Assembly: GCA_963702475.1 (NCBI GenBank)
Contig: CAVPCT010000003.1
Span: forward strand, 32,001-96,000
Length of the DNA: 64,000 bases
From: an uncultured Thermoleophilia bacterium
Lineage (GTDB): Bacteria; Actinomycetota; Thermoleophilia; UBA2241
Direction of reading: 5' to 3'
A program made the translations under genes and the position numbers. Shown here piece after piece: positions 50,001-58,003 of the stretch (the first letter of the stretch is position 1; each line of letters opens with the position of its first letter). The notes beneath the pieces are model-generated. The model worked only from the letters and a program-made list of their open reading frames with translations. It was not told where the DNA came from and ran no database searches.

Positions 50001-51144
50001 CCGCGGCGCCCTGGCCGTCGCTCCCGGCTCCGGGGCCGCCGGGCGGCGCCGAGAGGTGGCTCAGCGACAGCGTACCGATGGGCAGCGCCAGCATGTCGCG
50101 GCCGTCCATCAGCTGGGCGCCGAGAGACGAGGTGGCGCCGCGCGCCCCAGGCGGTGCGGTGGAGGCCTCCGCGAGCAGCCGGGCGACTGGGTCCGGCGCG
50201 CCGGCGCAGAGCACACCGGCGAACCACGACAGGGCGTCGCCCATGGCCCCGGCGTTGCTCTCGAGCACGCCGAGACCCGGCGCCACGTGTCGCCCGGCCC
50301 ACACCCGCGCGGTCGGGTCCACCCGGGGCGGCGCCGTCACCAGCTGAACCGGCGTGGTGCTGCCGGCCACGACCCCGACGGCGCCGGCCCGCGTTACGCC
50401 TGCGCCCAGGAGGCCGCACTGCGTGTCCGCGCCACCTACGGCCACCGGCGTGCCGGCGCGCAGGCCGAGCGCGGCCGCGGCCCGCGCCGTGAGTCCTCCG
50501 AGCGGCGAGCCGGACGGGCGTACCGGCGGCAGCAGGTGCGCGGGGAGGCCCAGCCACTCCGTGAGGTCCCGGGCCCAATCGCCGGCGACCACGTCGTACA
50601 GCAGGGTCTCCGCCGCCTGGGACGGGTCGGTGGCCGCCTCGCCGGTCAGGCGGAGTGCCAGCCAGTCGCTGAGGCTGAACGCCCACGCGGCCCGCTCCAT
50701 GAGGTCCGGCCGCTCGGTGGCCAGCCACTGCAGCCGGGCCGCGAGGAAGATGGGACCCGGCCAGTGGCCCGTCCGTGCCGCCAGGGTGTCACCGTGCTCG
50801 TCGGCCAGCAGAACGCCCTGCTCCGCGGCGCGCGCATCGTGGTTCGGGACCGCGTACAGGACGTCGCCGGCGCGGTCGGTGAGCACAGCGCTGAACCTCA
50901 TGCCGGTGACCGCAAGGCCGGCGATGTCGCCGGCGTGGGCGCCGGCCCTGGTCAGCACCTCCGCGACCACCTCCGCCACCAGGCGCCAGCACAGGGCCGT
51001 GTCGAGTTCGAATGCGAAGAGGCCGTCGGCAGGCGAGGGGCGCCATGACCGCGTCGCGGTGTCCAGGCCCCCGGCGTGCAGGTCGGCGAGCAGGCAGCGG
51101 ACGCTGCTGCCCCCGCAGTCCACGCCCAGCAAGAATCGACCCAT
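47085..51144 (-). CDS. Four-domain fusion: FGGY (LsrK/YoaC-like) kinase + D-2-hydroxyacid dehydrogenase + SCP2 lipid-binding domain + class II (FucA-like) aldolase; frameshift near 47607
   Basis: LGVDCGGSSVR, NHDARA, DPSQA, GGADTQ (FGGY, about 49600-51144); CRGRAVNVD, PGRNAEAVA, GFGAVG, NTARAG, TPHVGG (dehydrogenase, about 48470-49450); LNGNKAAMTGRLSFSGD (SCP2, about 47880-48230); GGNVSAR / LWITPS, PSSE, HAH, NHG (aldolase, 47085-47710). Confidence 0.82.
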
Positions 51145-51349
51145 GAGCCCCCCGGGCAGCCGTACGGGCAGAAGAGAGGACCAGACCACTATAGTCCGGC
51201 CCACGTGACGCGGGCCAGTGTCCGGACGCCTCTGTGCACGTCTGTCCTGCGGTGCTTCCGGTGCGTTCCGACGATGCGCATCGCGCCCACTCCCTGTAGC
51301 ATGGATTCGCCGGGGCTGGACCCGGCGCCGCACACCGGAGGCCGTCGGG

Positions 51350-52738
51350 ATGTCACTCCAGACGCGCACGCAGACGGGCCGCGCCGACGTGAGCCCTGAG
51401 GCGTCGCCGGCGCGACTCCCCGGCATGGACGCGTTCGCGGCCATGCCGCCGGACGCGCGCGGCCCACTGCTCGAGGGCGGCGTGCTCGACGCCCACCGCC
51501 TGCACTACGTCCGCAACGTCGCGTACCGCCGCGCGGTGCACGCGCGCGGCGTCGGTGAGACGACGTGCGCCGAGGCCCTCCACCTGCTGCTGCGGCCAGC
51601 ATCCCTCACCTTCAAGGGGTACGTCGACGCCGTCGGTCCGTTCCCGCAGGAGGCTCCGCGTGGCTTCCTCTCGTGGCTCGACGACCAGCTGTCCGTCCCG
51701 CTTCCGGTCGCCCGCGCCCGCGGACTGCGGCGCCGGTACCTGACCATGGAAGGCCTGCTCGCCGCCGTCGAGCGCCTGTGCGCCGGCGTCGGGCTCGAGA
51801 TGCTCACCTCGAGCGGTACGTCGGGGATCGCCAGCGTGGTGCCCCGAGATGCCGCCAGCACCGATCTCGCCGTGCGGTCGTTCTTCGCCGGCATCCGCCG
51901 CTCCTGGGGTGTCGCGCGCGGGTCGGCGATGGTCTTCGTGATGCCCGAGCGGACCAGGGTGGCCATGGCCCGCTCGGCGCGCATCGGCATCAGGCAGCTC
52001 GACTGGGCGAGCGACACGCCCGTGTTCTACACGATGCCGTTCGCGGCGACGCCGGACCTGATCCGCCTGCGCGGCGGCCGGAGCTTCTATCCCGGGCTTC
52101 GCGGTCTCGCCGAGCGGAGGATCCTGCACCCGGCCCTCGTCCGGGCCGACGCCCGGTTCGTGGCCGGCCGCTTCGTCGCGGAGACGCGGGTGCGCCTGCG
52201 CGAGCTCTGCGACGCCGGGCGGCCGCTCATGCTGCTTGGGGGCGCGGCGCAGCTCCACGCCGTGGCGCAGGCGGGGCCTCTGCGGCTGCCGCCCGGCAGC
52301 CGGGTGGCGACCGGCGGCGGCAGCAAGGAGCGGTATCCGGTCTCCCCGGCCGGCATCCGCGACGTGCTCGAGGCCGCCTTTCCGGGCACGCCCGTGGCCG
52401 ACGTGTACGGGATGGCGGAGGCGGACTGGGCGGCGTTCGAGTGCTCCGCCGGCAACCACCACCTCCCTCCCTGGATCTATGCTGTCGTCACGGACGACGC
52501 CGACCGCATCGTCGCCGGCCCGCGGGCTACGGGCATGCTGGCCTTCTACGATCCCGTCGCGGGGGGTGAGGTGTTGCCCCCCTTTTTCCAGACGGCCGAC
52601 CGCGTCACGCTGATCAACGGCGGCTCGGCCTACGAGCCCGGCCTGCGGTGCGCCTGCGGCGACGACTCCGCCTACATCGAGGGGGGCGTGTGGAGGGCGG
52701 ACCTGATGGGAGAGGCCGGCTGCGCGGCCCAGCTGTGA
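51350..52738 (+). CDS. LuxE-like acyl-protein synthetase (fatty-acid activating)
   Basis: TSSGTSG, TGGGSK, DVYGMAE, HLPPWI, GMLAFYDP, C-terminal AGCA Cys; GGAGG RBS. Confidence 0.78.
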   Translation: MSLQTRTQTGRADVSPEASPARLPGMDAFAAMPPDARGPLLEGGVLDAHRLHYVRNVAYRRAVHARGVGETTCAEALHLLLRPASLTFKGYVDAVGPFPQEAPRGFLSWLDDQLSVPLPVARARGLRRRYLTMEGLLAAVERLCAGVGLEMLTSSGTSGIASVVPRDAASTDLAVRSFFAGIRRSWGVARGSAMVFVMPERTRVAMARSARIGIRQLDWASDTPVFYTMPFAATPDLIRLRGGRSFYPGLRGLAERRILHPALVRADARFVAGRFVAETRVRLRELCDAGRPLMLLGGAAQLHAVAQAGPLRLPPGSRVATGGGSKERYPVSPAGIRDVLEAAFPGTPVADVYGMAEADWAAFECSAGNHHLPPWIYAVVTDDADRIVAGPRATGMLAFYDPVAGGEVLPPFFQTADRVTLINGGSAYEPGLRCACGDDSAYIEGGVWRADLMGEAGCAAQL

Positions 52739-52751
52739 GGGAAGGGAACCG

Positions 52752-54386
52752 GTGAACGAAGCGGTCCACGACGGCTTCTGGCTTCCACAGGGGATCCGCG
52801 ACCGGGTGGTCAGGGATGCGGACTGGGTGACCGTGCGCCTGAGCGGGGGCTCCCTTCGGGAGGAAGCGCAGGGCCACAGTGCGGCGACCGGCGACGCCGG
52901 CGCCGGCGGAGCACCGGCCGCGGCGGCTTGCGCCAACCCAGGCATCGCCGTCCGCTGGCCGCGTCTCTCCGCCTCCGGCTGGAGCGACCTCCTGGCCGCC
53001 CTCCGCGCGGCGCGCCGCGTCGGCGGGGACGAGGCGGCGGAGCGGTGGCAGGCGGCCCTGCGGCAGGTGATGTCCCGCCTGACCGCCGACCTGCCCGAAC
53101 GTCTGCCGCTGCTGTCCGCGGCCACGGGGTACGCACCCGAGATGCTCGTCGCGTCCCTGACGGGCGGCGATCTCGTCGACCCGGGCTCTCTGCGTCCGGC
53201 CCTGGACTTCCGCCCGGGATGGGGCGCTGCGTCGGCCTGGGTGCGGCACCCGTCGCTCGGCGGCCGCGTGCGCTTCTTCCCGCACGGCCTCCTCGGACGG
53301 GTGTGGACGGCTGCCGGCGGGGATGCGCCCCTCTTCCGGCCTGCTCCGCGTACCGGTCTCGCCGTGTGCTTCGCGGCCGGCAACGTGCCAGGGACCGCAC
53401 TCGTGCTGGCCCTCATGGGCAGCCTCGCGAACCACGCGGACGCGGCCGGCGCCCTGGCGCCGGCCGTGCTCGTGCGCAACAGCCGCCACGAGCCGCTGTT
53501 CACCCCCTGGGTCCTCACCGCCGTGGAGCGCGTGGACCCGGAGCTCGTCGCCGCCGTCGCGGTGACGGTGTGGGACTACGAAGACCTCACCCTGCAAGGG
53601 CGGCTCTTGCGCTCGGCCGGACTTCTGCTGGCGGCCGCCGACGACGGCACCATCGCCTCGCTCGACGCGCTGCGCGAGCGCGAAGCTCCCCGGCTGCGCT
53701 TCCACCGTCATGGACACAAGTTCAGCTTCGCGGTGCTCGGCAGGGACTGGGCGACGCACCCGGAGGCGCCTCGCCTGGCGGCCCTCGACTCCTGCTTCTG
53801 GGACCAGAACGGCTGCCTCTCCGCACGCGTGCACTTCGTCGAGGGCGACGCGCCGGCGTACGCGGAGGCGCTCGCCGTCGAGATGCGGGCGCTGGCCGCG
53901 GAACTGCCCCGCGGCGCGACGCCCGCACGCTTGACCCACCGGGCCTTCGACGGCTTCGCGGCCCTGGCCGGCGACGGCGCGGTGCGGCTTTGCTCCTCCT
54001 ACGACGACCAGTTCGCCGTCGCCCTCGACGGCCGCGCCTGGCGGCCCGAGTCGCTGCGCCGCGCTGTGAACGCCTGCCAGGGCCGCGTCGTCGTCGTGCG
54101 GCCGGTGCGCGACATAATGGACGTCCCGGTGCTGTTGGGGGCCTTGCCGCCGGGCAACCTGCAATCGCTGTGCGTTCTCGCTGCGAAGGACCGCGTCGAA
54201 CCACTGGCGGCGGCGGCCGGGGCCCGTGGCGTCACGGCGGTGCGTGCCATCGGACGCGGCGCCTTTCCGCAGCTCGCCTGGTCGTGGGACGGCTTGCTGC
54301 CGGCGGACGTCTGCTGCGTGCGTCCCGGCGGCCGCTTCACCTCGATCGAGCCCGACCTCCTCGGACCCGTTGAGGAGCGCTCGTGA
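52752..54386 (+). CDS. LuxC-like acyl-CoA/acyl-protein reductase (aldehyde-forming)
   Basis: FAAGNVPG, HGHKFSFAV, FWDQNGCLS catalytic Cys motif, WDG near the C-terminus; 13 nt after the luxE-like gene. Confidence 0.8.
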   Translation: MNEAVHDGFWLPQGIRDRVVRDADWVTVRLSGGSLREEAQGHSAATGDAGAGGAPAAAACANPGIAVRWPRLSASGWSDLLAALRAARRVGGDEAAERWQAALRQVMSRLTADLPERLPLLSAATGYAPEMLVASLTGGDLVDPGSLRPALDFRPGWGAASAWVRHPSLGGRVRFFPHGLLGRVWTAAGGDAPLFRPAPRTGLAVCFAAGNVPGTALVLALMGSLANHADAAGALAPAVLVRNSRHEPLFTPWVLTAVERVDPELVAAVAVTVWDYEDLTLQGRLLRSAGLLLAAADDGTIASLDALREREAPRLRFHRHGHKFSFAVLGRDWATHPEAPRLAALDSCFWDQNGCLSARVHFVEGDAPAYAEALAVEMRALAAELPRGATPARLTHRAFDGFAALAGDGAVRLCSSYDDQFAVALDGRAWRPESLRRAVNACQGRVVVVRPVRDIMDVPVLLGALPPGNLQSLCVLAAKDRVEPLAAAAGARGVTAVRAIGRGAFPQLAWSWDGLLPADVCCVRPGGRFTSIEPDLLGPVEERS

Positions 54387-54578
54387 GTGTCAAGGGCTGC
54401 CTGAGGACCGCTGACTGGGTGCTCCCATGCGGGCGCCCCCAACGTTTTGCCGCAGGTGGTAGCGGGTACGTCCGGGGCCTTACGTGCGCGGTGGTGGGCG
54501 GCGTCACGAGCCGTCGGCAAAGCCGTCACCGTCGGCACACGACTCCTGAAGGTGCTCTCGAACAGTGAGGAAGGAGGA

Positions 54579-55112
54579 ATGACGATGTCGAGACCTGTGC
54601 ATGCGAGCCACGCCGGAGTCCTTGCGGTCGTCATCGTGCTCGCCCTGGGAGCGGTGGGCGCAGCGTGCGGCGGGGAGGAGGAGAGCAGCAGCCCTGCACC
54701 CAGCAGCACCTCTGTGCCGTCCGCGAGCCCGAGCCCGGGCGAGTCGGCGCTGTCGGGCGACGAGGCGGAGATCGCGGCCAACTGGGAGGCCTTCTTCGAC
54801 GGGACCACGCCGGCCGACCGCAAAGTAGAGCTCGTGCAGAACGGCACGCAGTTCGCGGACGTGATCGGGGCGCGGGCGGACTCGCCCTTGTCGCAGTCGA
54901 CGACGGCGAAGGTGTCGGCGGTGACCATCACATCCGACACCGAGGCGGACGTGACGTACTCCATCCTCATGGGCGGTCAGGTCGTGCTTCCCGACCAGAC
55001 CGGACAGGCCATCCGGGAGAACGGCCTGTGGAAGGTCGGAGCCGAGAGCTTCCAGGCGCTTCTCGCGCTCGAGGGAGCGTCCGGCGCCCCCTCACCTGGC
55101 GCGTCGCCCTGA
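54579..55112 (+). CDS. Lipoprotein, possibly MTB12/Cfp2-like low-molecular-weight antigen family
   Basis: AAGGAGG RBS; GAAC lipobox, Ser/Pro linker, FFDGTTPADRKVELVQNG, GLWKVG. Confidence 0.6.
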   Translation: MTMSRPVHASHAGVLAVVIVLALGAVGAACGGEEESSSPAPSSTSVPSASPSPGESALSGDEAEIAANWEAFFDGTTPADRKVELVQNGTQFADVIGARADSPLSQSTTAKVSAVTITSDTEADVTYSILMGGQVVLPDQTGQAIRENGLWKVGAESFQALLALEGASGAPSPGASP

Positions 55113-55175
55113 GCGTACGACCGGACGACGCACGGTCCAGCTCCAGCGCATCGCGCGACCGGCTGATGGAGATAG

Positions 55176-56789
55176 ATGGCTGCGCATGAGGGTCTGATCC
55201 AGACCTACGGGGGGGTGCGAGGGCGCGCCCTCATGGTCGTGTGCGGGGTCCTGTTCCTCACCTTCCTGGACACGACCATCGTCAGCGTCGCACTCGCCGA
55301 CATGCAGACGACGCTGCACGCCGGCGTTCAGTCCCTGCAGTGGGTGGTCAACGCTTACGCCCTGGTCTTCGCAGGGCTCATGCTCGGCATGGGCACCGTG
55401 GGCGACCGGTTCGGGCGCAAGAGGGTGATGCTGGCCGGAGTGGGCGTCTTCACCCTGGGCTCGGTGCTCGGCGCGGTCGCGCCGAACGTGGAGCTCGTCA
55501 TCGCCTCGCGCGCGATCATGGGCGTGGGGGCGGCGGCGTGCGAGCCGGGTACCCTGTCGATCATCCGCCACCTCTATCCCGAGTCCGGCCCACGCGCCCG
55601 GGCGCTCGGGGCGTGGGCGGCCGTCTCCGGTCTGGCGCTCGCCCTCGGCCCGGTGATCGGGGGCGTCCTCGTGAGCCTCGGGGGCTGGCGCTACGTGTTC
55701 TGGTTCAACGTCGCCGCAGGGGCGGCAGCGCTTGTGGCCGCGTTCCTGGCGGTGCCGGAGAGCGCCGACCCGCAGAAAGCGAAGTTCGACGTCGCCGGCT
55801 TCGTCCTGGGGCCGCTGGCCGTGGGCGCCGCGATCTTCGCCGTCATCCTCGGCGAGACCCGCGGCTACTTCTCCACGGGCATCCTGGGGCTCTTCGGCCT
55901 CAGCGTCGTCCTGTTCGCTGCGTTCGTCCTCGTCGAACTGCGGAGCCCGGCGCCGACGCTCGACCTGGACTACTTCCGCAAGCCAGGGTTCTCGGGAGCG
56001 ATGGTCGTCGCATTCGCCGCGTACTTCGGCATCTTCTCCATCTTCTTCTTCACGGCGCTGTACCTGCAGGTCGTCACAGGCTACTCCGGCTACCGCGTGG
56101 CCCTGCTGTTCCTGCCCATGGCGGTCGCCATGATCCTGTCGTCGGTGTTCGCGGGGAGGTGGGTCGGGCGCGCCGGACCGCGCGTGCCCATGACGATCGG
56201 CTGTGTCGCCGCTGGGGCAGGCATCCTGCTCACCGAGCTCGCGCTGCTGGGCGAGCCGTCGTTCGCCGGGCTGGCCCTCTCGCTCACGCTCGCCGGCCTG
56301 GGCTTCGGGCTGGCCGTCGTCCCCGTGACCTCTGTGGCGCTGAGCGAGGTCCCGGCCGAACACTCGGGCATGGCTGCATCGGCGACGAGCACCAGTCGGG
56401 AGATGGGCTCGGTGGTCGGGGTCGCCGTCCTCGGGGCCATCGTCAACGGGTATCTCGTGGTCGACCTGGCCGCACGCCTCACGGCGCTGGGCGTGCCCCC
56501 GGCGTTCCAGAAGATCGTCAGCGACGCGATCCTGACGGGGCGGATGCCGAGCAGCAGCAGCGCCGCTGAAGCCGAGGCCGCATACGGGCCGCTGGTCATC
56601 AAGGTCATGGACGCGGCGTACGGCGCGTTCCACACGGGGCTCAACGTGTCGCTCACTGTGTCCGGCGTCGCCATCCTGGCATCCGGTCTTGTCGCGTGGT
56701 TCGCCGTGGGGCGCGCTCCCTCGTCAGTCACGGAACCGTTCGACGACGCCGACGGCGACTCCAGTGAGGCCGAGACCGCCGGGGCTTGA
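55176..56789 (+). CDS. MFS drug:H+ antiporter (DHA2, EmrB/QacA family)
   Basis: LDTTIVSVAL, WVVNAY, GDRFGRKR motif A, GPVIGG, WRYVFWFNV; about 14 TM. Confidence 0.92.
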   Translation: MAAHEGLIQTYGGVRGRALMVVCGVLFLTFLDTTIVSVALADMQTTLHAGVQSLQWVVNAYALVFAGLMLGMGTVGDRFGRKRVMLAGVGVFTLGSVLGAVAPNVELVIASRAIMGVGAAACEPGTLSIIRHLYPESGPRARALGAWAAVSGLALALGPVIGGVLVSLGGWRYVFWFNVAAGAAALVAAFLAVPESADPQKAKFDVAGFVLGPLAVGAAIFAVILGETRGYFSTGILGLFGLSVVLFAAFVLVELRSPAPTLDLDYFRKPGFSGAMVVAFAAYFGIFSIFFFTALYLQVVTGYSGYRVALLFLPMAVAMILSSVFAGRWVGRAGPRVPMTIGCVAAGAGILLTELALLGEPSFAGLALSLTLAGLGFGLAVVPVTSVALSEVPAEHSGMAASATSTSREMGSVVGVAVLGAIVNGYLVVDLAARLTALGVPPAFQKIVSDAILTGRMPSSSSAAEAEAAYGPLVIKVMDAAYGAFHTGLNVSLTVSGVAILASGLVAWFAVGRAPSSVTEPFDDADGDSSEAETAGA

Positions 56790-56908
56790 GGAGGGGCGCG
56801 GGCAGGCTGTCGGGAGTTGCTGCGTGCGGACCTCCGACAGACCCGGTGACGTGTCGTTGCCGCGGCGACGGTCGCGCACGCCGAAGGACGGAGCGACCGG
56901 CCCGGCAG

Positions 56909-57931
56909 TCAGCGGGCCGGCCTCCTCGCGAGAGACCATGCCACGAGGAGGCCGGCGACCACCAGCGACGCGCCCACGATGAGCACGCTCCAGCCCCAGC
57001 TCCGCAAGGATCGCGTCACCGTGTCGAAGACCGCGGCGGACGCGGCGTGCGGGATGTGCGCGGTGTCCGTGTGGTCGAGGTACGAGCCGCGGACCACGGC
57101 CAGAGCAGCCTCCAGCGCGGCCATGGCGATCACGAGGCCGGCCCCTGTGAGCACGGCGGCACGCAGGCGGTCGCGCGAGACGGCCACACAGCCCGCGAGC
57201 GCCAGCACGGCGAGGGCCACGAGCGCGAGCCACAGGCGGTCGAGCGTGACGATCAGCCGGCCGAGGCGCTGGACCTGCTGCAGGTCGAGCAGCCTCACGT
57301 CGCCCGACCTCAGGGCCTCCGGCAGCGGGTCTGGCATGGGTACGCCGGCGTCACGGAGCTTGTCCGTGACCGTGGCCGTCACGCCGGCGAGGTCCAGGAA
57401 CAGCGGGTCCGTCGTCTCGTCGTCGTCCCCGGTCTTCTCCACCGCGTCGACCAGCAGCGGGTGCGCGGCGCGGTTCGCCTTCTCCCAGACGCTCGCAAAG
57501 GCGGGACTCCCCAGAGCCTGCACGGTGAACTCCCGGGTGAGCTCCTCTACCGGCAGGGCGCCTACCAGGCCCTCTGTGAGCGCTCCGAGCTCCTCGGGGA
57601 GCGGCGAGGACGAGCTTCCCGCCTCTTCGAGAGCGGAGCCGATACGTTCGGAGAGCGCCTCAGCGACTGCGTCCTGCACGGCCGGGTCCGATGCCAGAGG
57701 GGCGACCGCGGCGACGTAGCCCTCGGTGTCCATGATGCTGGTGTGCACGTAGGCGGCGCACAGCGCGAGCGGAGCGGCGGCGCAGCCGACGACCAGGAGG
57801 ACGAGCGCCAGCGGCCCGCGCCAGGCCGCGGCCGCGACCCGCCGATGACCCTCGGCGGCCGGAGGCGTCGCCCAAGGCGGCGCGGGTGGCACCGTTGAGC
57901 CTTCGCCTCCCGTCCAGGGATCCGCACCCAC
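56909..57931 (-). CDS. Hypothetical membrane protein (actinobacterial integral-membrane type)
   Basis: GGAGGAG RBS; N-terminal TM, YVAAVAPLASDPAVQ...FASVWEKANRAAH, three C-terminal TM. Confidence 0.65.
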   Translation of the reverse strand: MGADPWTGGEGSTVPPAPPWATPPAAEGHRRVAAAAWRGPLALVLLVVGCAAAPLALCAAYVHTSIMDTEGYVAAVAPLASDPAVQDAVAEALSERIGSALEEAGSSSSPLPEELGALTEGLVGALPVEELTREFTVQALGSPAFASVWEKANRAAHPLLVDAVEKTGDDDETTDPLFLDLAGVTATVTDKLRDAGVPMPDPLPEALRSGDVRLLDLQQVQRLGRLIVTLDRLWLALVALAVLALAGCVAVSRDRLRAAVLTGAGLVIAMAALEAALAVVRGSYLDHTDTAHIPHAASAAVFDTVTRSLRSWGWSVLIVGASLVVAGLLVAWSLARRPAR

Positions 57932-58003
57932 AACTCCTCCTGTCGAGGCGTTCGCCGGGCGATATAGTAGCTACGATACGCCATCCGCGCCGGGGGTAGG
58001 GCG

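Noticed and set aside
49600-51144. AI-2 quorum-sensing (lsr) system, suggested by the LsrK-like kinase motifs
   Set aside because: No lsrABCD transporter, lsrR, lsrF or lsrG nearby. The kinase is fused to unrelated domains, so only the subfamily resemblance holds.
45622-51444. 1940-aa ORF suggesting a kinase-to-aminotransferase megaprotein
   Set aside because: After about 47607 this frame reads Arg/Pro-rich nonsense while the aldolase continues in another frame to a stop at 47085. The aminotransferase has its own RBS and ATG at 47046. This is read-through caused by one frameshift in GC-rich DNA.
51350-54386. Bioluminescence (lux) operon
   Set aside because: Only luxE-like and luxC-like genes are present; no luciferase luxAB, luxD or luxG in the window.
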